Shown piece by piece: positions 55,861 through 64,000 of a DNA stretch of 64,000 nucleotides. This DNA comes from Eledone cirrhosa. Its lineage: Eukaryota. Below the pieces are notes generated by a model. That model worked only from the letters and a program-made list of their open reading frames with translations. It did no database searches and had not been told where the DNA came from. The stretch's first letter is position 1, and the number at the start of each line of letters is the position of its first letter. The stretch is taken from assembly GCA_964016885.1 (NCBI GenBank), contig OZ024741.1, positions 304,110,001-304,174,000 on the forward strand. Direction: 5' to 3'. The position numbers were made by a program, and so were the translations under genes.

Positions 55861-56020
55861 CATATATATATATACATACATATATATATACATATATATA
55901 TATACATATATATATATACATATATATATACATATATATTTACATATACATATATATTTACATATACATATATACATATATATATATATATTTATATATA
56001 CATATATAGATATATATATT
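54321..56020. repeat. (TA)n array with higher-order units of about 36 bp
   Basis: Repeating tttatatatacatatatatatatatacatatatata. Confidence 0.97.
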
Positions 56021-56264
56021 AGTTTTGCGAGGTTTTTGATATGAAATCATGTGTCGAAACAAATATTGTTATACTTGGGGAGGGTCATATTGTGTAATAA
56101 TATTGCCAGAATTAATAACAGAACAGACTCACTGTTTGGTTGGATTTCGCTTCTGTGTCTTTTATATCGGTTAATTTAATTTATTCGGTCCTCAATGTTG
56201 CCATTGACTGACCAACGGTCAAAAATACAGATACAATATAGACACAAACACATATATATAGTCT

Positions 56265-56306
56265 AACAAAGTTCTTTCGTTGCACATCTGCAACATCGTC
56301 AGTGGT
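56265..56306 (-). ncRNA. Minimal hammerhead ribozyme motif in a Penelope-like remnant (56020-56375)
   Basis: The minus strand reads cca-CTGACGA-T-GTTGCA gatg TGCAAC-GAAA-G aa C-TT-tg; core and stem II are intact, stem I is weak. The flank shares tacttgggagggtcat with 49405-49420. Confidence 0.6.
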
Positions 56307-56871
56307 GCTATTATGTTTCCTCCCGTTGTATTGTATGCCTACGCCATCTTTAAAGATGGCATAGGCATACAATGTATATATATATATGTATATATACACA
56401 TAACATCATCATCATCATCATCGTTTAATGTCCATCTTCCACATTAGCCTGGGTTAGACGGGAGTTGTCCCACTTGAGGCAAGGTTGGTCCGGTGACCAT
56501 CTCTCGCTCATATAGGACTATCTGGCAGGTTTTCTATGGCTGGATGCCCTTCCTAACACCAACCACATTTACAGTGTGGACTGGGAGGGTTTTACCGTGT
56601 TACCTACACAGCCACATTACAGCGTGGACTGTGTTTTTTTTTGTCGTGACACCTACACGATACATATATATATATTTCCAACTAAACTACATGCTAATAG
56701 AAACACTACTACTATTTATCACCCTATTCCCTCCTGCTGTCTACATAAAGCTACACTACAGTCAGTCAAACAATCTCTTAAATTGTTGTGCACAGATTGT
56801 TTCAAATTAATTGATATATCATTACAAACACACGCAGAGTCAGTTTCTGAAGTTGAATGTATGTGTGTATG

Positions 56872-56919
<48 letters not shown>

Positions 56920-57194
56920 TAAGTACTCTTTATTTAAGTAATCTATATATAACTTTATAAGTTTCACACACATCTACTTATGTAATAGGTACTCTCTCTC
57001 TATATATATCTATATATAAGTACCCTCTATATACACATAGGCAGCAAACTGGCAGAATCAATAGAAAGTCGGATTGAATGTCTTTTGGTATTCGTTCCAG
57101 CTCTCTGCATCCCGAGTTCAAATCCCATGCAAGTCAACTTTGTCTTTCATTCTTTCAAGATGGATAAAAAAAGGACCAATCCAATACTGGGGTT

Positions 57195-57240
<46 letters not shown>

Positions 57241-57636
57241 ATATATATATATATATCATCAACATCATCATCATCATCATCAACGTTTAACGTCCGTGTT
57301 CCACGCTTGCATGGGTTTGGACGGGGGTAGTCCCACTTGAGGCAAGAGTGATTGTCTTGCTCGCATAGGACTGTCTGGCAGGTTTTCTACAGTTGGATGC
57401 CCTTCCTAACACCAACCACATTTACAGTGTGGGTCTGGGAGGTTTTTACCGTGTTGCCTACACGGCCACATTACAGCGTGGACTGTGTGTTTTTTTGTTG
57501 TGACACCTACACGATCTCATTTGTTTCGGCCTGGATGGCGCGGCACCAACATAACTTTACATAGAACGGGGTGGTGTGGATGGGGTGGTGGTGGGACGGG
57601 GTGTATTTTGTTAGAGATGCCTACTGGCTGGAGTAG

Positions 57637-57700
<64 letters not shown>

Positions 57701-57909
57701 AAAATGAGGGGTTTTTCTTTTTATGAAAAAAAAAAAACCGAGATGTCGTACACGAGTGAAAGTATAAGGAAAAAAGATGAAATTGAAAATGCAACTGGAG
57801 TCTTTTTAAGAATATTTATTTGTTTCCTTTACCGGTTTCACAGTTCTTATACTTTTCAAAAGTAGAATTGGGATGGAGGGTTTGTGTTTTTTCTCTTTGT
57901 TTATATATA

Positions 57910-58119
57910 TATAATTGAATATAAAAGAAAGACAAACACAGATATATACATATATGTGTTCAAATCGTAAGGGACCGGTTTGATTTATTCTTAAATTGAG
58001 TCTGGCAAACCCTATTGTCCATAGTTAGAATTCTTTTCACCTTAGCGAATCTGGTCCCTTACGATTTGAAGACATATATGTATATATCTGTGTTTGTCTT
58101 TCTTTTATATTCAATTATA
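57910..58119. repeat. Inverted repeat (arms of about 68 bp, spacer of about 70 bp)
   Basis: tataattgaatataaaagaaagacaaacacag...aagggaccgg versus ctggtcccttacg...cttttatattcaattata. Confidence 0.9.
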
Positions 58120-58224
58120 ATATACGGCTCGGAAAAATCTTTCCTAGAGCTATTTTATTGTAAGAAACTATTTTGAGTTTCTAACTCAATATATATCTCT
58201 TATATATATATATATATATATATA

Positions 58225-58460
58225 AACAAAATAACAAAACAAATGGGACAGTACATGGACGAAATATATTAGTTTAATGCTTGAAATAGTAGGAAGATAG
58301 TCTTAACGTTTTGGACACTAGTCCTTCATCAGAAGGTAGAGTTAGAAATCAGCTAGGACTAAACCTAAAGAGGGATGAGTTCTACCAGGTTAAAATGCCC
58401 AATACGTCATGACATCACTCCTATGTCTCCACGAGGAGTTGAAGGTAAAATAGAAAGATA
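58225..58460 (-). mobile_element. Penelope-like pseudo-LTR remnant with a hammerhead motif (58301-58336); related copy at 36470-36566
   Basis: ctt-CTGATGA-a-GGAC tagt GTCC-AAAA-cg-tt-aag (G12>A). The 36531-36565 copy keeps GAAA but has a damaged CTGATGA. Both share downstream tcaagcattaaactaatata. Confidence 0.62.
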
Positions 58461-58481
58461 AATGTATTTTATATTGTATGT

Positions 58482-58820
58482 GGAGGCACATGGCTTAGTG
58501 GTTAGAGCATTGGCCTTGTAATCAAATGGTTGTGAGTTCAATTCTCAGACCGGGTGATGTGTTGTTTCCTTGAGCAAGATACTTTATTACACATTGCTCC
58601 AGTTTACTCAGCTGTAGAAATGAGATGATAGGGACTGAGGTCCCTATCATTCCACTGGAAAGTGGTCATGGAGGTGCCATCGAAAAAAAGCACCCAGCAC
58701 TCACTGTAAATGAGGTTGGTGTTAGGAAGGGCATCCAGCTGTAGAAATCAAACCAGAATCAGTTCCCATCCCACCCTTGCAAGCAAGGAAAAGCGGACGT
58801 AAAATGATGATGATGATGAT
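58482..58820 (+). mobile_element. tRNA-CORE-RTE SINE (family 2), full length
   Basis: A box tggcttagtggtta, B box gagttcaattc, CORE-like ccttgagcaagatacttta...cagtttactcagctgtagaaatg, and a tail that matches the RTE 3' end at 53610-53660. Confidence 0.85.
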
Positions 58821-59399
58821 TGTAATAATGCTTTCGAACATAGACCTTTTTGATTTCACAAATGAGAAAAAAAAGTACTTCAATGCATACTGTAAAATAT
58901 ACATTTTTGTATGAAGTACTTGAGTGAGTATAGAGTTTTTCATTTAATACATTCTTATATCTTTCTCACTTCAATTTCATCACTCTCTATCCTTCTCTGG
59001 AAGAAATCTGCTGTATTCAGTCAGACCTGAAGAGGAGATGGGTTCTACCAGGTTTAGAAAATACCCTAGAAATGCCCAGTCCTTACTGTCAATTGGTCAT
59101 GTTGGTGCCATGACAAAAAGCACCCAGTTCATACTGTAAAGTGATCGTGTTGGTGTCATGACAAAATGCTCCCATCCACACTGTAATGCAGTCATTTTGG
59201 TGTCCCGATAAAAAGCACCCAGTCCACTGTGTAAATGTAGCTGGTGTTAAGAATAGAAACCAATCCACAAACAGTTCTGTATGACCAAGACATGGTCATC
59301 TGATCTGACTTGAATCACAAGACAACTCATCTAACCCATGCTAGTGTGGGAAAATGGATGTTAAACAATGAGGATGAAGACCCTATGTGTGTGTGGATG

Positions 59400-59530
59400 A
59401 GACAAACCACAACAGAAACACAAACCCTCCATCTCAATTTTACTTTTGAAAATCATAAGAACTGTGAAACCGGTAAAGTAAATAAATATTCTTAAAAGAC
59501 TCCAGTTGCATTTCCAATTTCTTTTCCTTA
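59400..59530 (+). mobile_element. Penelope-like pseudo-LTR remnant with a degenerate hammerhead (59441-59480); inverted relative at 57760-57895
   Basis: TACTT-ttgaaaa-...-GAAA-CCGG-TA-AAGTA: stem I and the palindromic CCGG are retained, the core is mutated. Confidence 0.55.
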
Positions 59531-59975
59531 TATACACACACACACACACACACACACCTGTATAAATATAGCTACATTACATATCACATGTTTACATGTG
59601 CGATATGTAAACAGTCATTTGACTTAAGTACACACAAATATTCAAACAAACATAACATAGTTTGCTCCCTCCCACCCCACCCAAACACACAAAATACATG
59701 GGCAAGCTAAGATTAGAAACTATAGTGTTGATCCTTTACATCAACCCTGACCCAGAGAACATTCCAGTCTCAACTGCCAATCTCAACAGAGACTTTATTT
59801 ATTACATTAGATTCTTGAAATATATTTACCAATCCAAGCAGTCTCTTTAACAGACAGGGAATTGGCAGTCATTAGGATGTCAGAATGCTTTATGATATTT
59901 GTTCTAGCTCTGCTTTATGAATTCAAAACTTGCCCAAGATCAACTTTCATCCTTTCCGAGGTTGATAAAAAAAAG

Positions 59976-60320
59976 TATTCTTGGGTCCCAAATAATAGGG
60001 AGTGTGGTGGAAAATCAGTTTTTTCTAAGTTGTCTCCATTGATTTAAAAAAAAAAACAGAATTAGTCATTTTGTTTACATATTGAGACCCCAACCTATCT
60101 TATTTATTTTACAACATATGGGATTTCGAGTAATGTTTTCGTCATATATAATGTTTTTTAATGTATAAAGAAAATTAATTGTGGCAAGAATGCTACCACT
60201 TAAAATAAAATTTCACTGGAGATAGATTAACAAAATTTGATAAGCGGGCGTAGGGGTGGAAAAAATCTGAAAAATTAATAAGCGTGGTGGGGGTGGGGCA
60301 TTATTTGAGACCTGAGAGTA
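59976..60320. mobile_element. TA-flanked MITE inserted into a family-1 SINE
   Basis: The SINE motif gataaaa..aagTA|ccag is split by the element with TA duplicated; TIRs as in 16837-17178. Confidence 0.8.
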
Positions 60321-61160
60321 CCAGTCCAGTATGGGGATCGCTTCTTCTTTTATATCTCTTTCTCACCTTTCTCTCATTCTCTGGAACAAATCAGCTGTGT
60401 TCAAATCTGAGGAGGGGATTGATTCTGCCAGGTTTAAGATACCTAAAACGGTGCTCTTATGATTCCTTTGGGAATTACGGCTTTCTACACATATACAATC
60501 TCCTTAACTCTTTTCACACAAAACCTCCAGAAACTGCAGCTGGTATTACAACATAAAACTGTTAGTTTCAAAGTGTTTATATTTATCTAAAATGTTTCTA
60601 TCTATACAAGAACCTCTGTTATGCTATGTTCCAAACACCAGCTTAATAATGTGAAAGTTAGTTATATTATTGTATGGTCCTGTAACTCCTGATAAAGTTG
60701 TAGGGGTGCCATATTGACATACGTTTCCAGGGCATTTTTTAAACCTGGCGGAACCCAACCATTTCAGGCCTGAGTACAGCAGAGAAAGACAGAGAGTAAG
60801 AGAGAGGAAAATGAATGAGGAGATATAGAGGAAGAATCGACCCCAGTACTAGACTGGTACTTTTTGTTTTATCGACCTTGAAAGGATGAAAGGCAAAGTT
60901 GACCTCGGCGAGATTTGAACTTAGAGAGTAGAGAGCTGGAAGGAATACCATAAACCATTCTATCCGACGTTCTAATGACTCTGCCAATTCACCAACTATA
61001 GTTAGATTATTAAATCCCTCCAAATTCTTGATTATTTCCAAAATTATTTAAAAATAATAAGCCTCATCATCACCATCATTTACATACGTTTGACCTGCTA
61101 GCAAGGGTTGGTAGTGACATTCATTATAAATATAAATATATATAAATATATATAAATAAA

Positions 61161-61350
61161 GGGCGGTGGATTGGCAGTATCGGTAGAGGGTCGGACGCCA
61201 TGCTTTCCAGCATAGTTACGTCCCTTTACGATCCGAGTTCAAATCCCGCCGAGGTTGACTTTGCCTTTCATCCTTACGGGGTCGATAAAATAAAGTACCA
61301 GTAATGCACTGGGTAATTGCTGGCCTTGTGCCTAAAGTAGAAACAATTAT
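61161..61350 (+). mobile_element. tRNA-derived SINE family 1, young copy. Others at 61755-61933 (+), 63130-63322 (-), 60835-60992 (-), 57040-57195 (+), 41810-41965 (-), 35540-35730 (-), 24370-24550 (-), 15580-15725 (-), 11490-11670 (+) and 11040-11230 (-)
   Basis: Pol III A and B boxes; the central gcctttcatccttacggggtcgataaaataaagtaccag resembles the Meta-SINE domain (from memory, unverified). Confidence 0.9.
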
Positions 61351-62373
61351 AAATATGGTAAGGAAAGGGTTAACTATTTCCACCCTCTTAAACTTTGTCT
61401 AGCTAAAAAAAAATGGATTTGTCTTTGACACTTTTAAGTGATTTTAAATTAATGCATTCTCTGCCACTATTTGTTTGTATTTATTATCTGGTGGGCTGAG
61501 TTAAATGCATATATTTACAAATATCATCATCTATATATTTACACATGCACTCACACACACAGTCATTTATTTTATGTATGTATATGTATTATATTATGTT
61601 ATATATATTTATATATTATATTTTATGTATGTGTGTATATACATACATATTTATTTATTACATATACATTTATTATACACACACTCATATCTATACATAT
61701 TATATATACACACATATATAATTGTTTCTACACATATATAATATATGTGTTTATTGTGGATTGGCAGTATCGGTGGAGGGTCGGACGCCATACTTTCCAG
61801 CATAGTTACGTCCCTTTACGATCTGAGTTCAAATCCCGCCGAGGTTAACTTTGCCTTTCATCCTTACGGGGTCGATAAAATAAAGTACCAGTAATGAACT
61901 GGGTAATTGCCTTGTGCCTAAAGTAGAAACAATTATATACACATATATATATAGGTCAAGAAATGACAAGACAAACACAGATACAAAAACATAAAGTGTG
62001 TGTGTGTGTGCGTGCGTGTGTGCATGCGTGCGCGTGTGTGTGTCATTATCACCATCATATATATATTGTGCATGTTTATATTATGTATACATGCATGTGT
62101 GTGTGTATGTTTAGTCAGGTATGTACATGTTTGTAAGTGTATATGTGTGCATTTGCCCACCCCACTCAGTTTCTAATTAAGTTTCCTGGGAACAAGGAGA
62201 CGGGGATTTAGCAATAAAACCTCTCTTGGTGGAATGAAGACAGTGACAAGTATGGTTCATTGTGTGTGTGAGAGAGAGAGGGAGAGAAAGAGAGAGAGAG
62301 AGAAGCCGGAGAAAGAAATATGAGAGATAGAAAGAAAGAGGGATGGTAATGAGAGCACATAAGGGTGTGTATA

Positions 62374-63115
62374 CAGGGTTGCTCAGGACATTTGTCTGAA
62401 TTTAGAAAAAAACACATAAGTCATAGAAATGAGGTTTATTTGAGAAGAAATTGGCATGAATAGTCTTGAAACTCTTCTTGACACATCTATTCAGATGACT
62501 CCTTCAATGCAAAGTCTGAAACATTGACATGCCAGATGATCTTGATCTATTTTGAACATTATGTTAGTAATGGCGGGTTTTCAGATATTTTATTGTGTTA
62601 TGGGAGTGTTGCTTAACTTTCCTCTTAACTAGGCTCCAAATACATAGTAGTCCAATGAACTTAGGTCATATGTTTAGGGTGGCGTGATCATGGATATTGT
62701 AACACATCCATTCTTCAGTTGTCTTCACCTTATAAGGCAGTACAAAATCTTGTTGGTAAGTAGACAGTCTTCCTCTGTTCACACTCCCTATCCAAAGGAC
62801 CCACAACCCTCTCCAGCACCTTCTTATAGTCAGCAACAGAAACCCTTAAGTCCTGAGGAAAGAAGTGAGGAGGCATGACATCTCCCTCATTGCTCACAGT
62901 CCCCACAACCATTACAGTTGCTGGAAACTTTGTATACATGACTGTTGGAAAGTCTTTAGGGTCTCTGCATAACCATCTGTCATTTCTTCGGTTGACCTTT
63001 TGGTCCTGATCAATGTTTTTTCATCAGAAAAAAAAAGCAACAACAAAAAAACAAAGAATTCCAGGATCTTGATGTTTCAACTTGCTTAACAAGTGCTTTG
63101 TGTGGATGGATCAAT
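62374..63115 (-). mobile_element. Decayed Tc1/mariner-superfamily element (maT/DD37D-like)
   Basis: FSDEK, DQDQKVNRRNDRWLC, TKFPATVMVVGTVSNEGDVMPPHFFPQDLRV; terminus TA-CAGGGTT at 62372. Confidence 0.82.
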
Positions 63116-64000
63116 TGTTAATAAATAATAATTGTTTCTACTTTAGGCACAAGACCAGCAATTTGAAGGGGAGGGGAAAGTCAATTAAATCGACCCCAGA
63201 GCATAACTGGTGCTTTATTTTATCGACCCTGTAAGGATGAAAGGTAAAGTCGACCTCAGAATGTAAAGGGACGTAACCCTATGCCACAAAGCATGTTGTC
63301 CGGCACTCTATCGATACTGCCATAAAAATAATAATAATAATAAAAGGTAGGACCAATTGGACAATGTAATCTTATAAACTATCTGAAAAAATTGGGTGGT
63401 CATGGTTGTAGCGCCTTTGATTATAAGTTAACTCAAGCAGGATCTGACCTGGAGTTAAACAACAATTAACAGCTACAGCAAATTTGAATGCTAAACATCT
63501 AAGTTTAGAGTTTAACTCTTTAGCATTTACATTACTCTATATATACTATTGTATTTTCACAGTAAAAGCTTTATCTCACATAGTATCGAATCTATGAGAT
63601 TTTGATATTATTTATTTTGAGAACAATTCCTTAACATAAGTATGAGTGACCAGTTACAGCTGGCTTGAACAGAAAGAGGTGAGAGAATTCTGACTGGATA
63701 TAGCCAGTTTAAATGCTAAAGGGCTAAAAAGATACCCACTCGACTATTTCACTTCTAATAAACCCATGAATTTGAAGACATTTTTTCCATTTATTTTGAC
63801 AGAAAGTATATTATAGACAACCTAAAGAATTTTGAAGACAAAAACAAACAAGAAACAATGAAAAAATAAAATACAAAAAGAAATCTAAAAAAAAAAATGG
63901 AAAAAACAATAAATGAAGAAAAGGAGAAATGAAAACTATTGGCTGTTAACAGATCTGAAGTATTTTGGCTGGGAAAGTGAAAGAAAATACCCAAAAGGCA

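Noticed and set aside
61161-61255. tRNA gene (also 34941, 43862 and 58482)
   Set aside because: A and B boxes are present but there is no cloverleaf, and the sequence continues into a multi-copy SINE body.

Overview
AT-rich, repeat-dense animal genomic DNA. The SINE/RTE repertoire and very long (TA)n arrays suggest a coleoid cephalopod such as Octopus (inference, not checked by search). The only host gene I can support is the 5' coding part of a ZMYND11/BS69 homologue on the minus strand: a winged-helix exon (22510-22779) and a PHD-finger exon (22119-22274), plus a possible upstream non-coding exon near 29.7 kb. I did not find its bromo, PWWP or MYND exons. The rest is microsatellite, minisatellite and transposon debris: RTE, RTE-X, R4/Dong and Tx1/L1 LINEs, a bipartite non-autonomous RTE, two tRNA-SINE families, mariner and maT remnants, and TTAA-, TA- and hAT-type MITEs. 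The most interesting unannotated signal lies in 29-60 kb. It comprises nine minimal type-I hammerhead-ribozyme-like motifs from about four Penelope-like pseudo-LTR families (one has a complete core at 50386-50430, next to a GIY-YIG remnant) and recurrent fold-back inverted repeats, including one with near-perfect 465-bp arms at 30024-30995. Nearly all long ORFs in the supplied track are microsatellite artefacts.
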